This document shows positions 1 to 9,636 of a stretch of DNA of 64,000 nucleotides, piece after piece. The DNA is from a bacterium (lineage in GTDB: Bacteria > Patescibacteriota > Minisyncoccia > Phycocordibacterales > UBA2100): NCBI GenBank assembly GCA_009924895.1, contig RFQR01000004.1, forward strand, positions 16,328-80,327, given 5' to 3'. The position numbers were made by a program, and so were the translations under genes. The notes below the pieces were generated by a model. It did not search any database. It was given only the letters and a program-made list of their open reading frames with translations, and had not been told where the DNA came from. Numbering within the stretch: position 1 is the stretch's first letter; each line of letters begins with the position of its first letter.

Positions 1-1116
1 CAGCCTCCTGTCACACAGCCTTCTGTCATGCCTCCGATGACATCTCCTATGCCCCCCGTCGATCTCACAAGTTCAGCCCCTTACACGCCTTTAGTCACGC
101 AGCCTCCCGTGACGCAGCCTTCTGTCATGCCTCCAATGACACCTCCTATGCCCCCCGTCGATCTCACAAGTTCAGCCCCTTACACCCCTCTAGTCACACA
201 ACCTCTAGAGATGCCTCCAATGACACCTCCTATGGCACCTGTCGATCTCACAAGTTCAGCCCCTTACACCCCTCTAGTCACACAACCTCTAGAGATGCCT
301 CCAATGACATCACCTATACCCTCATTACCTCCTGGTTGGAGTTCAGCTGTAGATTCCACCGGGAAAACATATTATTACAAAGAGGATGGAACAGTTCAAT
401 GGGATGATCCAAGTAAACCTGCAAGTCCACCTATGGATATACCGCTCATGAGTTCAGCGCCTTTTGTTTCAGCGCCTTTTGTTTCAGCGCCTTTTGTTTC
501 TGCACTACCCCCTGATTGGAGTTCAGCGATAGACTCGACTGGGAAAACATATTATTATAAAGCGGATGGAACAGTTCAATGGAATATTCCTGGCACTACT
601 ATTCCTGTCGCCCCTGCAACCAATACAGTTCAACCTATTCCTGAAGGAGCTCCTACATATCAAGCCCCCACGATTCCTACACCCCTTCCTGCAGTTCCAC
701 CACAAGAAGCTATTTTATTAGAACCCATTATTCAAAAACCTATAACAGCCAAACTTCCAGTTATAAAAAAGGTAGAATCTAAAAATGAGACATTAGATAC
801 TGCGCTTAATACTGGGTCTGCTTTATTAGATATTTTTAAGAAGTTTTCGGCAAACAATAACAATGCAAACGAAAATGACGAAGACGAAGACGAAAACGAA
901 GACGAAAACGAAAATGACGAAAACGAAAATGAGGATAGCGGTGCAAACGAAAACGAAACCAATAATTCAAATGCACCAGGAACGGGCTCTACCATGTTAA
1001 ATGGCATTCTTGGATTTCGTGGAGGAAACACGACGCGCAGAAGGCCTCGACGCACCCGTAGAAAATATGTGCAGAAACCAGCTCGGAATCATAAAGTATC
1101 GCGAAAACGGCGCTAA
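1..1116 (+). CDS. WW-domain protein with proline-rich tandem repeats; 5' partial (frame is open to the window edge)
   Basis: Two WW motifs: LPPGWSSAVDSTGKTYYYKEDGTVQWDDP and LPPDWSSAIDSTGKTYYYKADGTVQWNIP. About three ~29-aa repeats MPPMTPPMPPVDLTSSAPYTPLVTQP. SAPFV x3. Acidic NE/ND/DE tract. Poly-basic C-tail RRRPRRTRRKY...KRR. Confidence 0.75.
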   Translation, partial: QPPVTQPSVMPPMTSPMPPVDLTSSAPYTPLVTQPPVTQPSVMPPMTPPMPPVDLTSSAPYTPLVTQPLEMPPMTPPMAPVDLTSSAPYTPLVTQPLEMPPMTSPIPSLPPGWSSAVDSTGKTYYYKEDGTVQWDDPSKPASPPMDIPLMSSAPFVSAPFVSAPFVSALPPDWSSAIDSTGKTYYYKADGTVQWNIPGTTIPVAPATNTVQPIPEGAPTYQAPTIPTPLPAVPPQEAILLEPIIQKPITAKLPVIKKVESKNETLDTALNTGSALLDIFKKFSANNNNANENDEDEDENEDENENDENENEDSGANENETNNSNAPGTGSTMLNGILGFRGGNTTRRRPRRTRRKYVQKPARNHKVSRKRR

Positions 1117-1151
1117 CAAGCGCTTAAACTATATGTATTACAAGTGTTAAG

Positions 1152-1853
1152 ATGTCACAGCTCTCGTGCGTTGTCGATACACGCGAACGCGAGCTTATTC
1201 CCCTTTTACAATGGCCTGTTAAAACACTTCCAGTAGGAGATATTTGGATAGGTCTTAGCGGCGAACATGTATTCTCAGGCGGTGTTGTCATTGAACGTAA
1301 AACAACGGATGATCTTGAAGCATCGATTCTGGATGGACGCTATCGTGAGCAACGCACACGACTTACAACCTATTGCCAAGAACGTGGCGCACGCCCCCTA
1401 TATGTTATTGAAGGGCTTATGGATCGTCTCTGGGGTAAACTAACCCAAGAGACACTCCAAAAATATTTAAATCGCCTTGCACTACGATATGGTGTATCTG
1501 TGATTCATACCGATTGTCTTCAATCTACTGCAAAACTGTGTCAGACGATTGCATCACAAATATCTGCAGAATCAGATGTATTTGTTGTAAAAGACCCTGC
1601 TGCGATTCCATATAGTTCTACAGTGTCTATAAGTAAACGAGCCAATCGCGACGATCCGAGAAACTTTGCGTCGGCTGCATTACAGGGGTGTCCCGGAGTT
1701 TCAGCAGCAACCGCAGAAGCTATTCTTTCAGCATTTACAAATCTGACTGGAGTGATGGCAGCAGAAGAGGCTGCATTTGCCACAGTGATAGTGGGGAAAC
1801 GAAAACTAGGTCCTGCGACGGCGAAGCGTCTGTTTGCGCTTCTTCATGCGTAG
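1152..1853 (+). CDS. ERCC4-type (XPF/Mus81-like) structure-specific nuclease with C-terminal helix-hairpin-helix
   Basis: VVDTRE...GDIWIG...VVIERKTTDDLEASILDGRYREQ matches the ERCC4 GDxn-ERKxxxD signature. C-terminal LQGCPGVSAATAEAILSAF is HhH-like. Confidence 0.8.
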   Translation: MSQLSCVVDTRERELIPLLQWPVKTLPVGDIWIGLSGEHVFSGGVVIERKTTDDLEASILDGRYREQRTRLTTYCQERGARPLYVIEGLMDRLWGKLTQETLQKYLNRLALRYGVSVIHTDCLQSTAKLCQTIASQISAESDVFVVKDPAAIPYSSTVSISKRANRDDPRNFASAALQGCPGVSAATAEAILSAFTNLTGVMAAEEAAFATVIVGKRKLGPATAKRLFALLHA

Positions 1854-2423
1854 AAGACGATAATTTCTGCGCCTTGTCCCCCCTTTTTGATTCTCGGAAT
1901 TGTTAGAGTTGTTAGAGTTGTTAGAGTTATTAGAGTTATTAGAGTTATTAGAGTTGTTAGAGTTTTTAGAGTTTTTAGAGTTTTTAGACTTGTTAGAGTT
2001 TTTAAAGGGAGGATGCCAAAATATTTTTTTATGGGAAGAGTTTTTAGACTTGTTAGAGTTGTTAGATTTCTTGGAAGAGTTTTTAGAGTTCTCAGAATTG
2101 GAGTTGCTCCCTGAACTGTTGGGAACTAATGTATCCATTTTATCCCCAATATTAGATGTATCTTGTTTTACTTTTTGAATATTATTTAAACGAGAGTTGA
2201 TTTTAGCTAAACTTTTTTGTATTGCAACAGTCAAATTTCTATTTTTATTTCCCGTATATTCATTGCCGGGAATATCTTTAGGGTCTATATTTATATATTG
2301 ATCTCGGTTTCCCGTTTTTAAAACTGCAACTGGCTTTGTTTGTTTTGTACAATTTCCGTCTGCATTTTTTTGCATTCCAGCTGGACATTCAGAGATTGTA
2401 GCTGTACTCTGTAAGCCTAACAT
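1806..2423 (-). CDS. Low-complexity Asn/Ser/Lys-rich protein with Cys-containing N-terminal region and poly-basic C-tail
   Basis: Non-repetitive 100-aa N-terminus, then NSNNSNNS.../KNSKNSKNS tracts encoded by 9-nt tandem repeats, and a basic tail RRRNYRLLRMKKRKQTLRRRRT. Overlaps the convergent ERCC4 gene by 48 nt. Confidence 0.5.
   Translation of the reverse strand: MLGLQSTATISECPAGMQKNADGNCTKQTKPVAVLKTGNRDQYINIDPKDIPGNEYTGNKNRNLTVAIQKSLAKINSRLNNIQKVKQDTSNIGDKMDTLVPNSSGSNSNSENSKNSSKKSNNSNKSKNSSHKKIFWHPPFKNSNKSKNSKNSKNSNNSNNSNNSNNSNNSNNSNNSENQKGGTRRRNYRLLRMKKRKQTLRRRRT
1901..2090. repeat. Tandem 9-nt repeat (gttagagtt / gtttttaga variants) inside the 1806..2423 CDS
   Basis: Visible direct repeats. 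They produce shadow ORFs on the + strand (LELLELL, VRVVRV). Confidence 0.8.
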
Positions 2424-2435
2424 CCTAATATAGTC

Positions 2436-3029
2436 TTAGAACTTCCATAGTTGCGCCAATACACTTTCCGTAGGATTTCCAGGAGGCGGTTTCGTAGGCC
2501 GTTGAATACCATCTAAAAAGGAATCGGGTGGTTTATATTCCGCGGCGGAACGGGGTGTGGCAGGAGCTCCTCCAATACGTGAAAGATCCGGTGCGAATGT
2601 AACCTTTTGAGCAGTTCCTATCGCCCCTGTTCCTCGTTTACCTCCCACCCCCTTTTTACTCGAGTTGGCGGGAGGGGGCTTCATTGCTTGTGTAATAGGA
2701 TTCTGTTCTCGCATATATTCTTGTTCATAATGCTTCCATGAAATGAATAAAAGATTCGGGTATGTGAATCGTACTTCAAATCCATTTGTTCGCAGTTGAT
2801 GGACGACATATACTATACAATCCTGTAAATCAATGGCGGGTAGGCCAATGATAAATGGTGGAACCGTATAGACCAAATAACTTGGATTTCCAGAAAGTGA
2901 GGATGTCATTTTAATCCGTGTTTGAATCTGGAGTAATACCTGATTATATGCCCGTAACTTCGCAGCATCTCGCGCAACCCTTTTTTCAAATAAATGACGA
3001 GGTTCCAGTTTAGGCGTCTCCCCGGACAT
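2436..3029 (-). CDS. Hypothetical protein (197 aa)
   Basis: Long ORF with mixed composition and a Gly/Pro/Lys-rich C-terminal half. No motif I can name. Confidence 0.55.
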   Translation of the reverse strand: MSGETPKLEPRHLFEKRVARDAAKLRAYNQVLLQIQTRIKMTSSLSGNPSYLVYTVPPFIIGLPAIDLQDCIVYVVHQLRTNGFEVRFTYPNLLFISWKHYEQEYMREQNPITQAMKPPPANSSKKGVGGKRGTGAIGTAQKVTFAPDLSRIGGAPATPRSAAEYKPPDSFLDGIQRPTKPPPGNPTESVLAQLWKF

Positions 3030-3152
3030 GTTCTCTTGTTAGGAGAATAGTTTCTATAATTGTGTATAACCCGCCAATCGATTGACAAATACGCTTCAGT
3101 TGCCGGTAACCACACGTTTTATTATATATTCTATCAACACCCTCTCATATAG

Positions 3153-4040
3153 ATGCTGATACCCCCCTATCGTATTACATTAAGCGGAGGGGGATTAAAG
3201 GGTATTGCCCACATTGGCGCTCTGGAAGTATTATCTGAAAAGGGATATTTGAAATCCCTACGTGAATATGTAGGGATTAGTGCTGGAGCCCTAATAGCCT
3301 TCTGTTTATGCATTGGAACCACCTTATCTGAACTCCGGCTACTCGCATCTCTTCTTGATTTTGGCCTTGTTCGGGATCTCAATCCTGAATCCATGTTCAA
3401 CTTTATGGATTCGTTTGGAATCGATTCAGGGGCAAATCTTGAAAAACTATTGCAAACGATTTTACGCGCTCGTTCTCTAAATGTGCATATGACGTTTCAG
3501 GAGCTTGATGCGCTCAAACTGGGTCCAACGCTTCGGGTCATTGCAATGAATTTGAATACATGTCTGCCACAAGAGTTCAGCGCAAAATTGTCGCCGTTGG
3601 TGGAAGTAGTTACGGCTGTGAGGGCTTCTATGTCGATACCTATTTATTTCTCCCCGGTCCGTGAACCCATCTCGCAACAGTATTTATCCGATGGTGGTAT
3701 TTACTTTCCATCTCCGTTCAAGTTTTTAAACGATGCCGAGCGAGTTCATACACTCTCTCTTAGTTTTAGTCATACACATAAACCATGCGAGAATATTACA
3801 AGCTTGCAGGAGTTTTTATATCAGTTGTATTATTCTATTGATTATACGATTGGGAAAGAACTAGAAAAAATGTGGCGACACTCTATTTTATATATTGATT
3901 GCGGTAGAACGAATATAATGCATTTTGAAGCGTCACAGGAGGAGAAGATGACCTTAATGGAAAAGGGTCGTACATCTGCGGAAGATTTTCTGAAAAAGTC
4001 TCCGGGTCGAAGAGTGGCGCGAAGATTTTCAGTTTCTTAA
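3153..4040 (+). CDS. Patatin-like phospholipase
   Basis: GGGLKGIAHIGAL (oxyanion GGGxK/RG), GISAGA (GxSxG nucleophile), DGG at YLSDGGIYF (catalytic Asp). Confidence 0.85.
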   Translation: MLIPPYRITLSGGGLKGIAHIGALEVLSEKGYLKSLREYVGISAGALIAFCLCIGTTLSELRLLASLLDFGLVRDLNPESMFNFMDSFGIDSGANLEKLLQTILRARSLNVHMTFQELDALKLGPTLRVIAMNLNTCLPQEFSAKLSPLVEVVTAVRASMSIPIYFSPVREPISQQYLSDGGIYFPSPFKFLNDAERVHTLSLSFSHTHKPCENITSLQEFLYQLYYSIDYTIGKELEKMWRHSILYIDCGRTNIMHFEASQEEKMTLMEKGRTSAEDFLKKSPGRRVARRFSVS

Positions 4041-4050
4041 GTAGAAACAA

Positions 4051-4242
4051 ATGGCGCACACTCGCAAGCATGGACACAAGAAGCATGGACACAAGAGGCG
4101 TGGAACTCGTAAGGTGGGGCACAAGGCCATGAAGTGGACTTCCTTTGTGAGTAAGATTCACAAGGAGTTGAAGAAGCGTAATCCTAAGGCCAAGCTTGGT
4201 GACGCCATGAAGGAGGCCAGTCGCCGTAAGAGGGAGATGTAA
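4051..4242 (+). CDS. Small highly basic His/Lys/Arg-rich protein (63 aa); possible nucleic-acid-binding or core protein
   Basis: MAHTRKHGHKKHGHKRRGTRKVGHK... Followed by a perfect hairpin at 4269-4305. Confidence 0.45.
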   Translation: MAHTRKHGHKKHGHKRRGTRKVGHKAMKWTSFVSKIHKELKKRNPKAKLGDAMKEASRRKREM

Positions 4243-4268
4243 GGTGGAACATAGAAATCCCGAGTCGT

Positions 4269-4305
4269 ATTCCGTGATGTGCTTACTGTATGCACATCAC
4301 GGAAT
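4269..4305. terminator. Perfect 14-bp inverted repeat (attccgtgatgtgc / gcacatcacggaat, 9-nt loop) between convergent genes; candidate bidirectional terminator or 3'-end processing hairpin
   Basis: Read directly from the sequence. It sits between the stop of 4051..4242 (+) and the stop of 4330..4743 (-). Confidence 0.55.
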
Positions 4306-4329
4306 AACAAAAGATGCTGGTATATCCGT

Positions 4330-4743
4330 TTAAATACCACCACCCAGTTTTTCATTTAAAAATGCGAGCCATCCAGCCGTATTCCTCTCACCTTGATATT
4401 CGACTATTTTACCGTCGGTCGTTTCTAAAAGAAACGTAGGAAACCCCTTGACGGGCTTTCCCTTTGCAGCCTCAGGGTTTTTTGCAGCATCAATCATGCG
4501 GATTTCGCATTGTTTTGTGCCGACTTGCATGGGCGATGTCTTTAAAAACTCCGTAAACTCTGGCTTCACGCTTTTACAGTGAGGGCACCAATCGGCATAA
4601 TATAATGTAAATGTATTGTTGGCCGGGGCTGGATTTTGAAAGCCTGCTATACCAGAACCAAAAGAAATCCCCAATGCGTATAAGGAAAGCGCACTAAGGA
4701 TCGCAAGGATTACAAGGCCTAGTAATATTGCTTTCCAGTTCAT
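4330..4743 (-). CDS. Thioredoxin-fold protein with N-terminal membrane anchor (CPHC active site)
   Basis: N-terminal hydrophobic helix ILLGLVILAILSALSLYAL, then YYADWCPHCK. Confidence 0.8.
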   Translation of the reverse strand: MNWKAILLGLVILAILSALSLYALGISFGSGIAGFQNPAPANNTFTLYYADWCPHCKSVKPEFTEFLKTSPMQVGTKQCEIRMIDAAKNPEAAKGKPVKGFPTFLLETTDGKIVEYQGERNTAGWLAFLNEKLGGGI

Positions 4744-4792
4744 GTGTATCTAAATTTCTATCTGAGATTTTATATAGCAGATTCTACGCATT

Positions 4793-5224
4793 CTAAAACT
4801 TGGCATATATATTGAGGCACAATAGTTCAACATTCAATATGTCCGTCCAACGGAGAGTTGTGCTAAGAGAACCGCTAAGACCTGTTGGCCATTGAAATAG
4901 GGTTGTGTTCGAATATGTGCCAGGATTCAGAGGGCATGGAATATTTGAACAGAGTGGCTCTACAACAGGGTTCAGAGGAATAAAGTTATACGTAAAGGAA
5001 TATGTAACCAACCCGTCTGTTGCAATATATCCGATAGGGACTGTATATGTGAGATGTATTGTAGCATTCTCCGCTGGGACGGGGGTTAGAGGAGTCAAAC
5101 TCACAGAGTCTACTGTAAAGAGAGTTTCCACTCCACAATCTCGGATAGTAGGGTTAACTGCAAAGAGACTTAATAGAAGGGATATCATGGTTCTAGTATC
5201 TAAGAGACTAGAACCAAAATGCAA
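4793..5224 (-). CDS. Hypothetical protein (143 aa), possible signal peptide
   Basis: N-terminal hydrophobic stretch. Overlaps an alternative + strand ORF (4905..5240), so strand choice is uncertain. Confidence 0.35.
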   Translation of the reverse strand: MHFGSSLLDTRTMISLLLSLFAVNPTIRDCGVETLFTVDSVSLTPLTPVPAENATIHLTYTVPIGYIATDGLVTYSFTYNFIPLNPVVEPLCSNIPCPLNPGTYSNTTLFQWPTGLSGSLSTTLRWTDILNVELLCLNIYAKF

Positions 5225-5689
5225 ATTTTTTTGGACTTAAGCCGTGGGTGATATATTCGTAAAGAAACCACCCGGGACAATGCTCGTGTTTCGTCGGGGA
5301 ACATGGCATACGATAGATATTCCGTTTTCAGATCCGATGCTTACGGAGGGGCACAAGGCGGCGGCAGCGGCCATGATTGCGAATGGGCTCTCCGTTCCTA
5401 TCGCCGAAAAGAGGATGTATGAAATCATTTTAGGAATCTCTCGGGAACAACATGACGGCCCAAAGAACAAAGAAAAATAGGGCGGTATGAAAGAAAAAGC
5501 CAGTGGCTGTAGGGCAGCCACCCCCGTCTGCTATTGTAAATAGAAATCCTAACACCTTTTGTGTCATCTTATAGGTTTCAGGATTTGCAATAAGAAAGAA
5601 GATGAGTGTAGAATAAAAGGCATATTTTGCTTTTAGGGCTACGTTAGGAGGTGACGCCATCTATAGGGATGTGTCAAAATTAAAGGGGT

Positions 5690-8689
5690 CTAAATACATT
5701 TTTTCATCTCGTCTTGTATGAGAAGAAGATATTCCTGACTGAGGAGAATAAATAGGATAAACATCGATATATAGTCTATTGTAGAATCTTTCATCGTTTT
5801 TGAAATTTCAGCAGCTATGGTATCATCTGCTATATTCACACCTTGTCTCGCATACCCATGTCGAGTATCAATAATATCAAACCATTTATTATTTGGTGAA
5901 AATCCATCGGGTATATATGTAAAACTTGGAAACGTGCTTAACGTAATGAGATAGGGATTGGTTGTGTTGAGTGGAATGGGGTTATTAAAATGAATCTTAG
6001 GCAATTTAATAGATGCCGAGTGAAATAAGTTTTCTTTAATCAAACCGACGCTTTTGTCTATGGCATCCCTGTTTTCTTTCATGAACCGAGTATGAATAAC
6101 GGAGAGAATCGTCGTCGGATTTGAATCAGGTGTCGTCATAATGACGTGCAATCCCACATCTTCATTTGTGAGTTTGACAGCTTCACTGCTATGTAACAGA
6201 CTGAATGTAAACTCCATAATGGTGTATAATATTTCTTTCGGTGTATTCTTTGGCATTTTCTCTACCATATCTTTTACAATATCGCGCATAATACTTCTAT
6301 AGAAATCGAGCACGGCTTCGTGACGATCATCCGCATTTGTATAAAATAGGAGTTTAATAAAGAACATTACAAAATAATTCAAAAAACAGGCGACATTCCT
6401 GGCGGGTTTTTCGACTCCTAATCTGGTTTTTACGATTCTATATAAGTCTTTAAATGCTGTGCCGGCTTGGGGGGCGATACCATCCGGTATAATATATTCC
6501 TTATTATGTATTATATTTTCTCCCAATAGCTTCATATTATTAATAAAATCGGATAAAGTTTCGTTTGATTCTGTGAGTTTTTGTTTCATGATTGCTGTAT
6601 CCACTTTTTTAGGAGATTTATTTGCAAACTGGGTAAGAGTTCCTTGTAAACTTTCAACCGTCTCTTGTGCACTGGAAAGCGCCTCTTCTTTTGTCGCAAG
6701 GGATTGTTTCGCCTCCTCCAATGATTCCGTGAGATTTTCTATTTGCACTTGCATGTATTTCGTGTCATAGGTCGATTTAGTAGTCGAATCAGAGGTATTG
6801 CGTATGGAGGTCTCAAGCTGTGTTTGCACGTTTTTTAACTGTGCATCGCACATTGTATATTGGTTAAGAGCTACTTGCAACTGTTTGACTGTTGTTTGCA
6901 TGGCGGCCACTTGTTCATTATAGTCTTTTTCTAGAGTAGCCAATTGTATTTGTAACTCGGCGATTTTATCTTGGTCTAATGTTGTAGCTCCGCCACGTTG
7001 TGGTTGCATGCCAGCAAATGCATCACTTACAGGTGAATATTGGACTTGCATCGGTCCTCTTACACCGGCTTTATCAGACAACGTTTGTACTAAGTTTCTT
7101 AAACGGGTCATTTCAAGTTCCATTGCTTGAATTTGCCGCTGCTTTTGCGTGAGTGTCGTATGTATATCCGCAGTCCCATTTGCGAGTGTTTGAAGATTTG
7201 ATGTTAGCTCTTTATTTTGCTCTCCAAGGGGCTTTATTCTATTCTTAAGAATTGTTAGTTGTTTATTTGCAGTGTCATGTGCAGCTTTTGCGCTTGCTGC
7301 AAAGGCCTGTTCGCTGCGCAATCGAGTTTGCGTTGCGGCGAGTTGTTCACGTAGCTTTACCAGCTCCGCCTGGGTGAATGTAAGTTGTTGATTCTCTTTT
7401 AGCACCGTTTCATGAGCCTTCTTATATCTCTCATACGCGTCTTGCGTCTTTTGTAAATCTTGTTCAGTTTGACTATGATTCGCAAGGGCTTCTTGGAGCT
7501 GTGATTCTAAGTCGGTAGAACTACGTTGTGCTTGATTTAATCGTTCCTCTGTTCCTTTTAGTTCAGCGTTCTTTGCACTATAGTTACCTCTCACGGATTC
7601 AGCCTCCCGTTCTATGTCAGTAAGATTATTCCACGCATCTTTATTTTTCATAACAACCCAGCGTAATAATGTTAACATACGAGTTGTTATGCTGGGCTCG
7701 TTTTTTAGATCTAATACGAGTTGATTAAAGGGGTTCAATAGGTTTGGACTATCTGCATACTCTTGCTTAATTCCGTTCACAAGTTCTACATACTGACTAT
7801 CGAGTTGTTTTCCTACCAAGGATTCAATGAGCCCTGTTTGACCTGACACCCTATCAAGGACTTCTGCTATAGCATAGGGCATGTCGGATCCATCCATTGC
7901 CGCTTGTTCCCTCCAAAGTTTAATATAGGAATCCATCTCTTCTTTTGTAATGGCATGGTCTTGTATCATGGAGACCATTTTGTGCGCAGTGTCTGTTGCG
8001 TCTGCATATTGAGGCACTTCTTTACTCGCTTGCAATGTAAGAAATGCAAACTGGCGCAACATGTTTTCCATATTTTTCAAATCAACAGGATTGGGACGAA
8101 CAACTCCTTTGGGGGTTTTGCTTGGAGTATAATCATATGTATTGTTATTTTTAAGATGTACATCTAAATGTTTCATGAGACTATCGATACGTCTATACAG
8201 TTGTAGTTTTGTTCGCAAAAGCACTGTATCATTTTTTTTCTGTATTAAATCATTCATTTCTGAGATTAAATCTGTCTTTCGTGTGTTGAGCCCTTGTATG
8301 AGTAAACGGAGCTGATATTCATCTTCGGGGGGAAGAATCGTATGTTCCTCTTTATGAAGATTTGTATCAAATACCATACTAAAAATGATTTTCGCATCCG
8401 TATATTCATCACCTGATGCTGGAAAATAGTGTTTTTTAAAAGAAGTAATAGCCGTATCGCGCTCTTCTACAAATCCATCTTCATTGAGTTGAACGGAGTC
8501 ACCTACAATATTGATTCTGTTTTTTGGAACATATGTGTTACGGAGAAGTTTCATGGTATCCGAAACAGGATCTTTATAGGTTTCAAATGGAGTGACAGGT
8601 GTAACACGTGGAGGTGGTTCTTCTGTGTTGTCTGGTTCTGGTAGATAATATAATCCCATCCCATTTATATCCGTTAGTAGCTGCGCCAT
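5690..8689 (-). CDS. Large coiled-coil protein (999 aa)
   Basis: Long central region rich in Q/E/K/L heptad-like segments (LQEALANHSQTEQDLQKTQDAYERYKKAHETVLKENQQLT...). Globular N- and C-terminal regions. Confidence 0.75.
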   Translation of the reverse strand: MAQLLTDINGMGLYYLPEPDNTEEPPPRVTPVTPFETYKDPVSDTMKLLRNTYVPKNRINIVGDSVQLNEDGFVEERDTAITSFKKHYFPASGDEYTDAKIIFSMVFDTNLHKEEHTILPPEDEYQLRLLIQGLNTRKTDLISEMNDLIQKKNDTVLLRTKLQLYRRIDSLMKHLDVHLKNNNTYDYTPSKTPKGVVRPNPVDLKNMENMLRQFAFLTLQASKEVPQYADATDTAHKMVSMIQDHAITKEEMDSYIKLWREQAAMDGSDMPYAIAEVLDRVSGQTGLIESLVGKQLDSQYVELVNGIKQEYADSPNLLNPFNQLVLDLKNEPSITTRMLTLLRWVVMKNKDAWNNLTDIEREAESVRGNYSAKNAELKGTEERLNQAQRSSTDLESQLQEALANHSQTEQDLQKTQDAYERYKKAHETVLKENQQLTFTQAELVKLREQLAATQTRLRSEQAFAASAKAAHDTANKQLTILKNRIKPLGEQNKELTSNLQTLANGTADIHTTLTQKQRQIQAMELEMTRLRNLVQTLSDKAGVRGPMQVQYSPVSDAFAGMQPQRGGATTLDQDKIAELQIQLATLEKDYNEQVAAMQTTVKQLQVALNQYTMCDAQLKNVQTQLETSIRNTSDSTTKSTYDTKYMQVQIENLTESLEEAKQSLATKEEALSSAQETVESLQGTLTQFANKSPKKVDTAIMKQKLTESNETLSDFINNMKLLGENIIHNKEYIIPDGIAPQAGTAFKDLYRIVKTRLGVEKPARNVACFLNYFVMFFIKLLFYTNADDRHEAVLDFYRSIMRDIVKDMVEKMPKNTPKEILYTIMEFTFSLLHSSEAVKLTNEDVGLHVIMTTPDSNPTTILSVIHTRFMKENRDAIDKSVGLIKENLFHSASIKLPKIHFNNPIPLNTTNPYLITLSTFPSFTYIPDGFSPNNKWFDIIDTRHGYARQGVNIADDTIAAEISKTMKDSTIDYISMFILFILLSQEYLLLIQDEMKKCI

Positions 8690-8768
8690 CTATTCAAGGT
8701 GTTGAAAAGTATGTGGAAGTTAAAAACGCAAACAGGTCTAAACGTTCGGATAATATATCTAGATAGAT

Positions 8769-9617
8769 ATGTCGGAACAAATAAAGATTTGCAACCCATG
8801 GAACGCTAAGAATAAGATCATTCCAGAAAAGGAAATTGCTCGTATTCTTACCACTTACGGGGTGCATGATGAATTCAAAGACCTTCGCCTTTTTAAACAG
8901 GCATGTGTTCATACCAGTTATGTGGATAAATCTGATATATGGGCAAAGCAAGAGGAGGCAATGATCCTTGCTGAAAGGCCTGCGAACTGCCTACCTCTTC
9001 AAGTAGGGGATAACGAAGAACTCGAATATGCAGGAGATGGAATATTAAGTGCAGTCGTGGCAACGTATTTGAAGGAGCGGTTTTCTGGACAAGGAGAGGG
9101 ATTTATGACAAATTTACGAACTGAAATTGTGAACAATGATCGCTTGGGAGATTTAGCAAAAAAGGTTGGATTTGCGCCATGGCTTGTGATTAGTCGTCAC
9201 GTAGAAGAAGTGTGCGATGGAAGGCAAAATCTTCGTTTACTCGGGAGTATGTTTGAAGGGTGGTTGGGGGCTTTATATTATTCAGCAGGAAAGGGGGGGA
9301 GAGGATTTGAAGCAGTGCAAAACTTTGTGACGTCCGTGCTTGAGAAACACATTTATTTTGTAGAACTTATTACTAAAAATACAAACTATAAGGATCAGTT
9401 ATTGCGATGGTTCCAAGCAGAGTATCATCAACCACCCAGATATAAAGTTGTGCATGAAGAAGGGCCGTCACATGATCGTATGTTTACGATGGGTGTTTTA
9501 TCTCCAGAAGGGGATGTAATTGCAACTGCGATTGCAAGAAATAAAAAAGAGGCGGAACAAAGTGCAAGTCATAAAGCGTTGGATATATTAACAAAGCGTT
9601 CTACACAAAAGAAATGA
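8769..9617 (+). CDS. Ribonuclease III with C-terminal dsRNA-binding domain
   Basis: ELEYAGDGILSAVVATYL is the RNase III signature (ERLEFLGDA-type). C-terminal PPRYKVVHEEGPSHDRMFTMGV...KKEAEQSASHKALDIL is a dsRBD. Confidence 0.9.
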   Translation: MSEQIKICNPWNAKNKIIPEKEIARILTTYGVHDEFKDLRLFKQACVHTSYVDKSDIWAKQEEAMILAERPANCLPLQVGDNEELEYAGDGILSAVVATYLKERFSGQGEGFMTNLRTEIVNNDRLGDLAKKVGFAPWLVISRHVEEVCDGRQNLRLLGSMFEGWLGALYYSAGKGGRGFEAVQNFVTSVLEKHIYFVELITKNTNYKDQLLRWFQAEYHQPPRYKVVHEEGPSHDRMFTMGVLSPEGDVIATAIARNKKEAEQSASHKALDILTKRSTQKK

Positions 9618-9636
9618 TATCGTAGCCCAGTTTAGA

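Noticed and set aside
1887-2178. + strand ORFs made of VRVVRVIRV / LELLELLEL repeats
   Set aside because: They are frame artefacts of the 9-nt tandem repeat. The minus-strand ORF has a non-repetitive N-terminus and is the more plausible gene.
2436-3029. E2 ubiquitin-conjugating enzyme (because of a YPN string and the nearby ubiquitin theme)
   Set aside because: There is no HPN-x-G-x-ICL active-site arrangement and no catalytic Cys in the right place.
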